A stretch of 64,000 nt of DNA from a virus. Its lineage: Duplodnaviria > Caudoviricetes. The stretch is from positions 3,828 through 67,827 of IMG/VR virus record IMGVR_UViG_3300033073_000753; one strand, given 5' to 3'. Below the pieces are notes generated by a model. The model worked only from the letters and a program-made list of their open reading frames with translations, was not told where the DNA came from and made no database searches. Shown here piece by piece: positions 20,586-30,775 of this stretch; the first letter of the stretch is position 1, and every line of letters starts with the position of its first letter. Both the position numbers and the translations under genes were made by a program.

Positions 20586-21464
20586 ATGAGCACCAAGGGC
20601 TTCATGATGTTCGCTTATAATAACGAACAGCTGGACTATACTCAGCTAGCATTAGTTGCGGCCTATGCTGTTAAAAAATATATGCCCGAGTACCCTGTGG
20701 TATTAGTAACTAATCAAGCAAGCCTAGAGCAATGCAAAGAAACGCACGGCCCAGCATTAATGAATGCCGCATGGGATGATATTATTATTACAGACCCTGG
20801 TTACGAAAAAAACATGCGCCTACATCACGATGGCGCATATCATAGCTTCAACGCACAGTTTACAAACACAAACAAGCACGACATTTATAATCTAAGTCCA
20901 TTTGACGAAACCATTTTGATTGATACTGATTATCTTTGTGGCAACGCTAACTTGGCAATGCTGTTTGGTGGTCAACACAATGTGGCAATGTATAGAGATG
21001 CCCGCAATTTGCAAATGCAAGAACCGTATACAACAGAACGCTGGTTACACTATGCTGGTATTCGTATGTGGTGGTCTACTGTAGTGTACTGGCGTAAGAG
21101 TGAAGAAGCAGAACACTTTTTCAACATCTGGTCAGCAGTTAAAAAGAATTGGGAGTACTATCGCTTCTTGTATAAGTTCCCAGGTACATTATATCGCACT
21201 GACTACTCTGCTAGTATCGCCGCACACATGTGCGATGGTTGGCAAGACGGTGGCTTTATTGGACAGATTCCAACCTTTATGCGTTACCAAGATCAACGAG
21301 ATGACATAGTAGAAGTTAAAGGACCTAACCATTGGGTAATGTTAAGCAACTTACCCGAAGAATGGAAAAATCTTGTGGTTGAAATCAAGGGGGAAGATGT
21401 TCATTTAATGAACAAGAAAAGTATACTTCGTAACTATGAAACACTAATGGAGATGTTAGCATGA
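20586..21464 (+). CDS. GT-A glycosyltransferase (GT8-like)
   Basis: GFMMFAYNN...DY...AL, NKHDIYNLSPFDETILIDTDYL (DxD), WWSTVVYWRK, YRTDYSASIA. Confidence 0.7.
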   Translation: MSTKGFMMFAYNNEQLDYTQLALVAAYAVKKYMPEYPVVLVTNQASLEQCKETHGPALMNAAWDDIIITDPGYEKNMRLHHDGAYHSFNAQFTNTNKHDIYNLSPFDETILIDTDYLCGNANLAMLFGGQHNVAMYRDARNLQMQEPYTTERWLHYAGIRMWWSTVVYWRKSEEAEHFFNIWSAVKKNWEYYRFLYKFPGTLYRTDYSASIAAHMCDGWQDGGFIGQIPTFMRYQDQRDDIVEVKGPNHWVMLSNLPEEWKNLVVEIKGEDVHLMNKKSILRNYETLMEMLA

Positions 21465-22162
21465 CATTCCATATTTTAACAAACCATCCAGATGGTAAGT
21501 TAGTCACTATTACTAAAAAAGATCTAATGTATACTACAACAGATCACAAAATAAACATTGTTACAATGGAATCTACTCCATTGGATACTATTAAAAAATT
21601 AAGCACACTAGATTTTGACGCTGGCGATGTAATATGCCTAGCAGGCTTATGCCCTCGCAAGACTACATTTGAAATTATTGAATTGGCCAAGGAAAGAAAA
21701 GAAAATTACCTACCCGGGCAAGGTGTTGATCACAGAGGGGTTCCTATAGAATCAGGCAAGATTAAGAATAGACTCGCTGTAGAAAAAAATCACTTAACCG
21801 CTTGGCCGTTTTTAGCTGTCATTGGTGACCCAGAATCAGCAAAGTTAAGTTTTGAAATGTTATCTTTACTAGAACCTGAACTATATTGGCCAGATTATGT
21901 ACCAGATGAACCACATATTACACACCTGCTTGCTGTATTGACTGCAACAGGATTGTGGACGGCACCAGAGTGGTTTAAACTTGTTGATTTGAGCATACGA
22001 GACTTAGAACTTGCTCCGGTAATGTATGCCAGTCACATGTGGCACGATTGGATTGCATTTTATCCAGCTAATGGAAATTTTAAACTAGAGAATCATAGTC
22101 AGTTGTTCCCTGTTTGGATAGCCGACAGCGAAAAGCCAATGGAGTATTGGCAGTATGAGTGA
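21461..22162 (+). CDS. Hypothetical protein, possibly a degenerate GT-A partner
   Basis: 233 aa coupled (ATGA) to a GT; no DxD; FKLENHSQLFPVW tail loosely resembles GT8-like paralogs. Confidence 0.3.
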   Translation: MTFHILTNHPDGKLVTITKKDLMYTTTDHKINIVTMESTPLDTIKKLSTLDFDAGDVICLAGLCPRKTTFEIIELAKERKENYLPGQGVDHRGVPIESGKIKNRLAVEKNHLTAWPFLAVIGDPESAKLSFEMLSLLEPELYWPDYVPDEPHITHLLAVLTATGLWTAPEWFKLVDLSIRDLELAPVMYASHMWHDWIAFYPANGNFKLENHSQLFPVWIADSEKPMEYWQYE

Positions 22163-23129
22163 AATTAAGTTTGAACTTAGACGCCGTAATAAACAACGCC
22201 CTGAGTTTTGGTCAGTTAGATACAGACCCGAGTCAGGTGATATACTAGGAATTGAGCCAGGGCAGTCGCATAGTGCTGATTGTTTAATAGTACCTTACTT
22301 TAAGGTTAAAAATCTCTTAAGCGGCGCATTAAATCAAAATGACTTTCGAGTCATCTTCAATGAAAACATTGGATCACTAGATCTAGTAGATTTAAAAGCC
22401 CCCGGCATCTTTAAAAAGAAACACACATGGATTAACTGGTTAAGCGCAGGTGAGTATCAATTTGACGATCAAAGCCCATTGAGATTTATCCTATTTGCAG
22501 ATACGGGGGTTTTGCGAGTAGAAGTAAATCGCGTATGGTCAACTGCTCTTAAAGAAAAGCTTGAAGGTGAAAAAATCGATGACGGACTACCATTCTTTAT
22601 AACAGACAACGAAGATCCGCATCAATTATTCGGCAACGAAGAAATCAAAGTAATCGATATCATTGAACGAGGCTTTTGGGAAAAGCGTTTATGGGCTTTT
22701 ATGGATCATGGACTAGTATCTAAGATATTGTTCCATGGTCAAAATATTCGTATCAATATGCCGCCTGTTGCAAGCAATATTTCTTTCATTCGAGCTAAAG
22801 AATATTCTGCATTCAGCGGCGTCTTAGATGACCAGACAGTACTAAGTCATAAAGGGCATGGAAAGCACATTTCAATTTTTGTCAAGAACGGCGGGCTCTG
22901 GGCGCAAAGTCATTATAGCCAAGGATCTCCATTGGATCAGATTACCGGTAATTTAAAAATTGCAATAGTAGATAGTAATGACCTTGAAGGATTTGTGTGT
23001 TGGGCCGAATTGCCAACACTGATGCTTAGACAGCATCACCCATTTGAATTGTTGCCAGAATGGCAACATGACACACCTCCAATGGTATTATATAAAGCAA
23101 ACAACTTAGATATAGGAGTAATGTCTTGA
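22155..23129 (+). CDS. Hypothetical protein
   Basis: 324-aa ORF overlapping neighbours on both sides; no motif recognised. Confidence 0.6.
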   Translation: MSEIKFELRRRNKQRPEFWSVRYRPESGDILGIEPGQSHSADCLIVPYFKVKNLLSGALNQNDFRVIFNENIGSLDLVDLKAPGIFKKKHTWINWLSAGEYQFDDQSPLRFILFADTGVLRVEVNRVWSTALKEKLEGEKIDDGLPFFITDNEDPHQLFGNEEIKVIDIIERGFWEKRLWAFMDHGLVSKILFHGQNIRINMPPVASNISFIRAKEYSAFSGVLDDQTVLSHKGHGKHISIFVKNGGLWAQSHYSQGSPLDQITGNLKIAIVDSNDLEGFVCWAELPTLMLRQHHPFELLPEWQHDTPPMVLYKANNLDIGVMS

Positions 23130-24097
23130 AAACCCCAATTAGCGAATTTGATATCGTATTCATCAGCTACGATGAACCAAACGCCGATGAAAACTACGCA
23201 GACTTGCTAGAAAAGTGTCCGTGGGCCAAGCGAAGTCATGGTGTATATGGAAGCGATGCTTGCCATAAAGCCGCGGCAAAGTTAGCAGAAACAGAAAGAT
23301 TTATTAGTATTGATGCAGACAACAAAGTGCGCCCAGAGTTCTTTGAACTTGAGTTGGATCTGACTAAATTTGATGCAAGTGATGTACTATCTTGGTCTGG
23401 GAAGAATGTTATCAATGGCTTGGTATACGGAAACGGTGGTGTTAAATTGTGGCCAAAGAAGGTTGTAGAGCAAATGCGTACACACGAAGCAGTTGATTCT
23501 GGCAAAGGCGCAGTTGATTTTTGTTGGGACATACACTATCATCAACTAAACAACATTTACTCGGATGTCTACAACAACGCTACTCCATATCAAGCATACC
23601 GCGCAGGCTTCCGTGAAGGGGTTAAACTAGCATTGCATGATGGACAACCGATGGACTGGCGTCAGATTGCTGACAAGAACAACTATAAAAATCATCGTAG
23701 ACTACTAGTCTGGATGAGTGTAGGTGCTGATGTACAAAATGGCTTATGGGCAATGTATGGTGCCCGCCTAGGCTGTTATCTAACAAACCTACGCAAAGAT
23801 TGGGATTATAAGTTAGTGGCTGACTTTGAGTGGCATAACGCCTACTGGTCAGAAGATGTTATGCCACAGTTTGCTGGCGATGAAGAAACATGCCCAATAA
23901 GCAAATATTCTTGGAGTCGCACTAAGCTAATGGGCGAGATTAAAAAGCTTGGCAAAATATTACAACAAGATCTAAGACTAGATATTGCTGACTTAGACGA
24001 AGCTGGTAGCAAGTTCTTTAAGGCAAGTTATTTCAACCCACATCGACTTGGCCCAACAGTCAAAGAAAGCGATGTAGAACAATTTATTGCGGAATAA
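23126..24097 (+). CDS. GT-A fold glycosyltransferase-like protein, paralog 1 (TTG start)
   Basis: DIVFISYDEPNAD...HGVYGSDACHKAAA...FISIDADN (DxD); AGGAG SD upstream of TTG. Confidence 0.65.
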   Translation: MKTPISEFDIVFISYDEPNADENYADLLEKCPWAKRSHGVYGSDACHKAAAKLAETERFISIDADNKVRPEFFELELDLTKFDASDVLSWSGKNVINGLVYGNGGVKLWPKKVVEQMRTHEAVDSGKGAVDFCWDIHYHQLNNIYSDVYNNATPYQAYRAGFREGVKLALHDGQPMDWRQIADKNNYKNHRRLLVWMSVGADVQNGLWAMYGARLGCYLTNLRKDWDYKLVADFEWHNAYWSEDVMPQFAGDEETCPISKYSWSRTKLMGEIKKLGKILQQDLRLDIADLDEAGSKFFKASYFNPHRLGPTVKESDVEQFIAE

Positions 24098-24100
24098 TCA

Positions 24101-24973
24101 GTGTTAGATGTATTTTTCATATCAATGGGAGAAGAAGGTAGCGAAGCCAATTGGAATCGACTGCTAGAGTTTGCACCCGACGCCAAGCGGGTTAGCAATA
24201 TAACTGGCATATATGAAGTACATAAAGCCTGTGCTGAACTTAGCACAACTGAAAACTTTTGGGTCGTTGATGCTGATGCCTGGATTGAAGACAAGTTTAA
24301 ATTTACTTGGGAACCAGATCCCAATAAAAAACATTGGAACATACCTGAAACAGAATGTGTATTGGTTTGGCCTAGCCAAAATCCTGTAAACAAACTAGAA
24401 TATGGATATGGTGGAGTTAAACTATTCCCACGCAAGCCATTCTTAGAAAAGCGTACATGGGAAATTGACCTATCTACTACTATTGGTAGAGCAACAATCA
24501 TCATGGATTGGATTAGCTGTGAAACAAGATTTAATGCAACACCCGAAAGTGCATGGATAGGTGCGTTCCGCGAATGTGCTAAGTTGGCTTCTTTATCAAT
24601 GATCAAGAGTAAAATAAGAAAAGCCAAAAAAGAACAATCAGCAGAACTTGAAGAGTTAAATGAATTTGTTATGTCGCAGGATTGGAACAATGACAAAAAA
24701 GAAAATTATAGAAGTGTCAAGACCATGCTAATACAAGAAAAGTATGCGGAAGATTTGGATATATTTAAAAGATGGTCTGAAATTGAAAGTGCAAGCTATA
24801 GACGATTGATATGGTGCACCGAAGGTTGGAACGAACATAACGGAAAGTATGCTGTATTAGGAGCACAAGCTGGTTCAGAGTTTGGACTGGTGTATAGCGA
24901 TGACCCTACACAAATTAATTTAATCAATGACTGGGCATGGCTCAAGAAGGAATTTAAAAATGTCAATGTTTAA
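24101..24973 (+). CDS. GT-A fold glycosyltransferase-like protein, paralog 2 (GTG start)
   Basis: DVFFISMGE...GIYEVHKACA...FWVVDADA; YGYGGVKLFP; FNATPESAWIGAFRECAKL. Confidence 0.65.
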   Translation: MLDVFFISMGEEGSEANWNRLLEFAPDAKRVSNITGIYEVHKACAELSTTENFWVVDADAWIEDKFKFTWEPDPNKKHWNIPETECVLVWPSQNPVNKLEYGYGGVKLFPRKPFLEKRTWEIDLSTTIGRATIIMDWISCETRFNATPESAWIGAFRECAKLASLSMIKSKIRKAKKEQSAELEELNEFVMSQDWNNDKKENYRSVKTMLIQEKYAEDLDIFKRWSEIESASYRRLIWCTEGWNEHNGKYAVLGAQAGSEFGLVYSDDPTQINLINDWAWLKKEFKNVNV

Positions 24974-25931
24974 TCGCGCAATGGAAGTATCAACAGTTAA
25001 AAGAATGCGTTCTGTTCCTGTAGTCTTTTTAAGTTTTGATGAACCAAATGCTGATGTACACTGGGAAATGCTTAAACAGGTAGTTGGCGGTAAACAACAA
25101 ATTGCCAGGGTACATGGAGTAGTAGGGTTTGATGCCGCACATAAAGCCGCCGCCGCAGAATTTCCTAACAGCCAATATATTATTACAGTTGACGCAGACA
25201 ATCAAGTTGATCCTACATTCTTTAATAAGATTTTGCCTGACGGCATGGATGGTAAGGTAAGCTTTACCTGGGGTGGAAGACAGTATACAAATGGTCTGAT
25301 GTATGGCAACGGCGGATTAAAGATGTGGAGTACCGAACATCTTGCTAATATGCGTAGTCATGAACTTGCTACAGAAGAGCGAGATGCAGTAGATTTCTGT
25401 TGGGACTTCAATCGATATAAAGAACTTCCAGGATGCTTTTCTACAGTCTATACAAATGCAAGTCCTTATCAAGCATTTAGGGTTGGCTTTCGAGAAGGTG
25501 TTAAGTTAAGCATGGAACAAGGGCAGGTACTAAAAGCTAATGAGTGGGCTACCACAATGCACGCCGCAAACTTCCAGCGACTTCTAACATGGATGACAGT
25601 TGGAGCAGATGTTGAACACGGCTTGTGGAGTGTTTATGGTGCAAGGTTGGCTGTTAAGTTATTACAAAGTGACGAGTTTGATTTTACCAACATTAGAGAT
25701 TATGCGTGGTTTAAACAATTCTTTAACGACCATGCAATCTCTAATCCTGCACAACAAAATAAGGTGTTAGGAAAAGAATTAAGTGATATTCTAGGCTGGC
25801 AACTTCCTGACTTTGATGCACATCAAAGTAAAATTATCAAGATGCTACAGTTACATCCAGAGCGTTCCTTAACATACGAAGATGTAAAGTGGAGAACTAA
25901 TTTAAACATGTACGGATGGTTCAATGGATAA
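24960..25931 (+). CDS. GT-A fold glycosyltransferase-like protein, paralog 3
   Basis: VVFLSFDEPNAD...RVHGVVGFDAAHKAAA...ITVDADN; YGNGGLKMW; NASPYQAFRVGFREGVKL. ATG at 24960 preferred. Confidence 0.65.
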   Translation: MSMFNRAMEVSTVKRMRSVPVVFLSFDEPNADVHWEMLKQVVGGKQQIARVHGVVGFDAAHKAAAAEFPNSQYIITVDADNQVDPTFFNKILPDGMDGKVSFTWGGRQYTNGLMYGNGGLKMWSTEHLANMRSHELATEERDAVDFCWDFNRYKELPGCFSTVYTNASPYQAFRVGFREGVKLSMEQGQVLKANEWATTMHAANFQRLLTWMTVGADVEHGLWSVYGARLAVKLLQSDEFDFTNIRDYAWFKQFFNDHAISNPAQQNKVLGKELSDILGWQLPDFDAHQSKIIKMLQLHPERSLTYEDVKWRTNLNMYGWFNG

Positions 25932-27117
25932 TAATGCAATCTTACGATCATCATTGTTATACTTTACAGATGAAGCGATTGGGTATAGACACAGTCTACA
26001 CCTCTTCAATCGCTGGTTAGAAACTGGATCTAAAACAGAACTTGAAGCATTAATCATTGAAGTTGGCAGAGAAAAGTTTATCGACCTTACTCCTATAATT
26101 GACTATGCTAATGGCAATGCAAGCGAATATGCACACAAGAAACTAATTGATATAGTTTGCATCAAAGGCATATACATTCCAAGACTTTGGACCGAGGTAG
26201 AAGACTGGGACCCAGAACATCCAACAAAGTTGTCCCCACTAGCATCAAACATCTTTGATTCTGGAAACGCAAATTCTTTAATACATAACTTAGAAACAAT
26301 GAGCCATTGGATTGCAGATAATCCAGATAACAATCCGTTTGATGTACTTAGACAGGCACTAACATACTTAGATGAATCACGCAAAAACTTTTATCAAATT
26401 TTTTATCTATTAGAAATGTTGTTTGGTTATGATACAATTTTTTCTTGTGTAGTTGATGATGATATTAATCTACTAGGACATATTGTTGGATCATACTATC
26501 CTCCTGCACATGCTGTAGGAATTAAAAAATTAGCATCAGCAATATCCAAGCACCCAGATCTAAACTGGAAGGATGCACTAAGTCGCAATCAAGTTAAAAG
26601 CAAGGTGTGGCTCATTGATAAACTTGATAGTCTTAAATTGTTACCGAAGAAGCGACAGCTTGGAGATCCTGAATGTGTTACTGCTATTGCTGGGGGCTGG
26701 GTTGGCATGCTACCATTCTTGGCCACAATGATGGGAAAAAATTTAGACTCTGTTATTAACTTTGACATTGACAATAGTGTACATTCTGCCGCAATGGAAT
26801 TAAATGCAGGCACGCATAGCAATTTTAAAAACTCTGAAACAGATATAAAAACGGTTGATTTTAAAAAATATAAAAAACTCTTAATGATTGACACAATCGT
26901 AGAACACTTTGAAAACCACGGGGAGTGGGTAAATTCGTTACCCGCTGGCACGACAGTAGTACTACAAGGCAACGACATGTTTGATGTACCAGATCATGTT
27001 AACTGTCACAATACATTAGAGGAATTCTTAGAGACTTGCGGATTAAATACTATCATATGGGCCGGAGAACTAAACTTGTTTAAATGCACAAGATTTATGG
27101 CCATTGGTAAAGTATAA
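25924..27117 (+). CDS. Class I SAM-dependent methyltransferase-like protein with ~200-aa N-terminal extension
   Basis: WKDALSRNQVKSKVWL, AIAGGWVG (motif I variant), INFDID, IDTIVEHF, VVLQGND. Confidence 0.6.
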   Translation: MDNNAILRSSLLYFTDEAIGYRHSLHLFNRWLETGSKTELEALIIEVGREKFIDLTPIIDYANGNASEYAHKKLIDIVCIKGIYIPRLWTEVEDWDPEHPTKLSPLASNIFDSGNANSLIHNLETMSHWIADNPDNNPFDVLRQALTYLDESRKNFYQIFYLLEMLFGYDTIFSCVVDDDINLLGHIVGSYYPPAHAVGIKKLASAISKHPDLNWKDALSRNQVKSKVWLIDKLDSLKLLPKKRQLGDPECVTAIAGGWVGMLPFLATMMGKNLDSVINFDIDNSVHSAAMELNAGTHSNFKNSETDIKTVDFKKYKKLLMIDTIVEHFENHGEWVNSLPAGTTVVLQGNDMFDVPDHVNCHNTLEEFLETCGLNTIIWAGELNLFKCTRFMAIGKV

Positions 27118-27635
27118 TGAACCCACGCTGTAAGAAGATAGAAAACTACAATTTTGATATTTCCAGATTAATTCCTGAGATAGATAGACTCATCTGGGAT
27201 ACGGAAAAGAATAGCATACGCACACAGGTAAGCATACAAACCAATGGGCTACCAGACTGGGAATCTAGTACAGGGTCTAGACCTGGGGAGCCAGAAGCAC
27301 AATGGGACAAGCTACATCCAGAATTAGTAGGTACCATCTGGGAAGAGTTTTTTGCTAGTTTGCCTATGAAAGTATATCGTACACGCATTATGACAATGAT
27401 GCCTAGAACTTGTTATAGTATACACCAAGACGACAATCCTAGACTACACCTCGCAATCAGAACTCATAATCAGTGTAAATTTATTTTTACAATGCCACCA
27501 GTTCAAATGATTCACATTCCAGCCGATGGCAATTTATGGTGGGTTGATACTAGGCAGTTTCATACAGCAATCAATGGTAGCCTTGAGCCTCGTACACATT
27601 TATTAATGAGCTTGGTAAACAACGACTCTGATTAA
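27117..27635 (+). CDS. 2OG-Fe(II) oxygenase (Asp/Asn beta-hydroxylase-like)
   Basis: RTRIMTM...YSIHQD (HxD)...RLHLAI...DTRQFHTAIN...R.HL. Confidence 0.7.
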   Translation: MNPRCKKIENYNFDISRLIPEIDRLIWDTEKNSIRTQVSIQTNGLPDWESSTGSRPGEPEAQWDKLHPELVGTIWEEFFASLPMKVYRTRIMTMMPRTCYSIHQDDNPRLHLAIRTHNQCKFIFTMPPVQMIHIPADGNLWWVDTRQFHTAINGSLEPRTHLLMSLVNNDSD

Positions 27636-27639
27636 CTGA

Positions 27640-27645
27640 TACATA
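27640..27645 (+). promoter_or_regulatory. Late-promoter variant (TACATA), 5 nt before ATG
   Basis: gaTACATAcaggtATG; same spacing as the TAAATA sites. Confidence 0.4.
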
Positions 27646-27650
27646 CAGGT

Positions 27651-28298
27651 ATGGACTTAAAAGTTATCCTTACCTGTGCAGAAGAGTTCGAAAAGCACGA
27701 ATCACTATACAAGCAGTTTCTAAACGAAATTGCCAGAAATCCATCCCCGGCAGTAGCCAACATGGGCTACGAAGAACCAGCAGGACTTTGCTACCTTGTA
27801 CAAAACAAAAAGCGTTGGACCAAAGAAACAGGTCAAATTGCATTATTGAAAGATGGTGTTAGTGGAAGATTTGTTGGAGTTAGCGCAGTTGAAAACAGTA
27901 CACTATCAGACAAACTGGGTTCAGGCGGTAATCGTTGCTGGTTGCTCAATGATTATAGAAAAGAAAATGAAGTAACTCGCTTTCTATTATCATCAAATTT
28001 AGATTGGTGCGCCCAACAAGGCAAGTTAGGAATGTTGCTTACTTTTAATGAATACAATAAAATATTGTATGATACCGTAGTTCGTATCAGTAAAGGTCAA
28101 GCAGGGGCATTGGGCACAGTATGGAGTAGTTGGTGGAATGATTGTATTCCTTTGCCTAAGAAGATTAGACTTTTTACAACCCCACAATGGGCAATAGTTA
28201 AGCCTATTAAGCCAGGATACGAATTAGAAAGCGTTATAAAAACCGTTGTAGAGAAATACGGTGTTCGTGATACTCCTTTTATAAAAACAAATGCGTGA
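27651..28298 (+). CDS. GNAT-like acyltransferase
   Basis: FVGVSAV...GGNRCWLLNDYRK...FLL...LDWC..QGKLGMLLTFN follows the GNAT beta4-alpha3-beta5 pattern; divergent. Confidence 0.4.
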   Translation: MDLKVILTCAEEFEKHESLYKQFLNEIARNPSPAVANMGYEEPAGLCYLVQNKKRWTKETGQIALLKDGVSGRFVGVSAVENSTLSDKLGSGGNRCWLLNDYRKENEVTRFLLSSNLDWCAQQGKLGMLLTFNEYNKILYDTVVRISKGQAGALGTVWSSWWNDCIPLPKKIRLFTTPQWAIVKPIKPGYELESVIKTVVEKYGVRDTPFIKTNA

Positions 28299-29244
28299 AG
28301 TTAATAATACAGAAAATCGACATTTAAGATATTGGTACGACGGAGATCCAAATAAGATCTGGCGTACCAGTCATTATGAATACACCACAATGAGCGTTGG
28401 TGGCTGTACTCGTACCCCAATGAGCTTTCGTGCAGAGCTAATTAGAAACGCAAGAAGTATTAAAAGAGATTTTCCAGATTTAACAGTTTTTATGAGTGGT
28501 GGCCTTGATAGCGAAATGGCTCTGCGTTCATTTTTAAACGCAGGTATAACACCGAAGCTAGTTACTGTTAGATTCCCCGACGGTGATAACATGCACGATA
28601 TTGGTCCAATGATGGAAATGTTAGATCAAATGGGATTGTCATACACAGTTATTGATTTTGATATGCAAGAGTTTGTGCAATCAGAAAAGTGCTACGACAT
28701 TGCAAAGAAGTATCAAGCATATACTCTATATCAGCAAATGTTGTTAAGCATCGCTGAAGATTATGCCGCACCAATGATTACAGTGGACGAAATCGAATTA
28801 GAAAAAATTCCTAGTATTAATTGGGAAACAGGTGAGTCAACTAGCAAATGGGTTTTCCTTAAAAAAGAAGACCAAGACGGGGTATGGCGCAGGTTTGTTG
28901 ATAAAACTGGAATACCCGCATTAAACAACTTCTACACATACAGTCCAGAATCTATATTAGCATTTTTAAAAATACCAACTACCGCAAATCTAATTCGCGA
29001 TCGCATACAAGGAAAGCTAGGATGGACCTCCAGCAAAATGCAAATTTATTCAAATTTGGGCTATACTTTCCGTAAAAGGCCAAAATGGCATGGTGTAGAA
29101 AACTATATACACTTGTGGGATCAAGTCAGATATAATGTATCAATGAAGGCAGTTGATTATACGCCTAGGCATTATACAATACCAGCACTAGAGCTAGAAC
29201 AAAATTTAATCAATGGAACGCAGTCAATATGCAATGTAGTTTAG
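28291..29244 (+). CDS. PP-loop (adenine nucleotide alpha-hydrolase / AsnB C-terminal-like) enzyme 1
   Basis: VFMSGGLDSEM PP-loop; no N-terminal glutaminase domain; KLGWTSSK...RKRPKWHGVE tail. Confidence 0.65.
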   Translation: MREVNNTENRHLRYWYDGDPNKIWRTSHYEYTTMSVGGCTRTPMSFRAELIRNARSIKRDFPDLTVFMSGGLDSEMALRSFLNAGITPKLVTVRFPDGDNMHDIGPMMEMLDQMGLSYTVIDFDMQEFVQSEKCYDIAKKYQAYTLYQQMLLSIAEDYAAPMITVDEIELEKIPSINWETGESTSKWVFLKKEDQDGVWRRFVDKTGIPALNNFYTYSPESILAFLKIPTTANLIRDRIQGKLGWTSSKMQIYSNLGYTFRKRPKWHGVENYIHLWDQVRYNVSMKAVDYTPRHYTIPALELEQNLINGTQSICNVV

Positions 29245-29870
29245 TAAAACTTGATAGTAGTAAATTAGAGTCGTTGATTAACTTCAACATGAGCATCTAT
29301 GAAAATGCCGAGGCTGACAAGTACCCAGACTTTAAAATTACAAATGACATCAATGACGATGCCCGAGCAGAAAAGTTTTTCCGTGCATTTATTGAGCCAA
29401 GTGATTTTAATAACTATAACATTCGCCAGGCCTATGCAGTAGTTGACGAATCAGGAGTTTATCAAGCCGCAGTTGGTGTGCGTCGATGGGACCATATGCC
29501 ATCATGGTCAGTGAGTTGGTTGTTAAGCCCAATGATTGGACACCGCTTTATTCCACTGTTTAGACAAACAATGGAGCTCTTATGTGAACTACACGAAGCC
29601 GCCGGAATGAATGAGTTCTATGTAACATATCCGTCCAGCAGAGAAAGTGCATATAGTAAAATTATGCTACCTTTCAGAGAACGCTATTACAGTTTTGTTG
29701 AATGTACTGTACCAGCAAAAACAAGAAGCCCTTATGGATTCATACACGAACTAATGGGCGGAGCACTACATCCACACGATATGAATCTAAGAAGATACAT
29801 TCTGCGTAGACCAAATACTGAAGCACCAAGTGAAGGTGGCCGCGCTATTAGACAAAAGAAAACAACTTAA
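29229..29870 (+). CDS. GNAT-like protein
   Basis: QAYAVVDESG.YQAAVGVRRWDHMPSWSVSW...LCELHEAAGMNEFYVTYP topology resembles GNAT; weak. Confidence 0.35.
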   Translation: MQCSLVKLDSSKLESLINFNMSIYENAEADKYPDFKITNDINDDARAEKFFRAFIEPSDFNNYNIRQAYAVVDESGVYQAAVGVRRWDHMPSWSVSWLLSPMIGHRFIPLFRQTMELLCELHEAAGMNEFYVTYPSSRESAYSKIMLPFRERYYSFVECTVPAKTRSPYGFIHELMGGALHPHDMNLRRYILRRPNTEAPSEGGRAIRQKKTT

Positions 29871-30766
29871 TGCTAGAAAAAATTACACCGTGGTTTAGTA
29901 ACCAACTTGAATTATATCGCAAGACTAATCAAATCCCATACATATTGGCAATCTGGTTGCCTTATCACCTGATAGCAATCGCGGCAATATTGTATGTTGT
30001 TGCTACAGGATGGTCATGGTCATATCTATTAACTGCAATTTGCGGATGGGTGCTACTCGACGGTATAGGTAACAATTTAACCTTACATAGATTTTTAAGT
30101 CATAAGTCCTGGGAACCACATAAGTGGGCAGAACCTTTTTTATTGTGGTCTGCTGTTATGGTAGGCGAAGGCAGTCCATTATGGTGGGCGGCATTGCATC
30201 GCGGACACCATCACAAGGTAAGTGATCAGCCAGGCAAAGACATCCATACACCAGTTGAGAACGGGTGGTTGCATAGCTATATGGGTTGGCAATTTGGAAT
30301 TAAACAAGACAGCGTAAGTTTCCGATATGCGGTCGATCTATTGCGCGATAAACGAATTGTATTTTGCCACGAACACTATAACAAGATTATCTATACAACA
30401 TTGTTGTTAAGTTGTTTGTTCTTTGGCATTGGCTTTACTGTCTGGTTCTTTATTATTGGTAGCCTAATGAGCCTACATGCTGATGGGTTAGTGAATACAT
30501 TTGGGCATGTACCAGCGGCCGGATATCGCAATTTTGATATTAAAGATGCTAGTACAAATGTTTGGCCAATCGGTTATTTCCACTGGGGCAGTGGATGGCA
30601 TAATAACCACCATCAACAGGCAAGTAGTTTTGATTTTGGAACAAGTGTAAGTGGTCGACCACATGAGTTTGATCCTTGTTTATTATTAGTATTGCCATTT
30701 GCATCTATAAGTGAAGTAAAACGCTTGTGGAAGCTACGCAGTGATGCTATAATTGCAAAACAATAA
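29870..30766 (+). CDS. Membrane fatty-acid desaturase (delta-9/OLE1-DesC type)
   Basis: His boxes HRFLSH, HRGHHH, WHNNHH; SD.PG.D.H.P; VNTFGH; hydrophobic spans. Confidence 0.85.
   Translation: MLEKITPWFSNQLELYRKTNQIPYILAIWLPYHLIAIAAILYVVATGWSWSYLLTAICGWVLLDGIGNNLTLHRFLSHKSWEPHKWAEPFLLWSAVMVGEGSPLWWAALHRGHHHKVSDQPGKDIHTPVENGWLHSYMGWQFGIKQDSVSFRYAVDLLRDKRIVFCHEHYNKIIYTTLLLSCLFFGIGFTVWFFIIGSLMSLHADGLVNTFGHVPAAGYRNFDIKDASTNVWPIGYFHWGSGWHNNHHQQASSFDFGTSVSGRPHEFDPCLLLVLPFASISEVKRLWKLRSDAIIAKQ
30725..30753 (+). promoter_or_regulatory. sigma70-type promoter for thyX (extended -10)
   Basis: TTGTGG-17 bp-TATAAT with TG immediately 5' of the -10 (TGcTATAAT); AAGGA SD downstream. Confidence 0.6.
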
Positions 30767-30775
30767 GGAATCACT

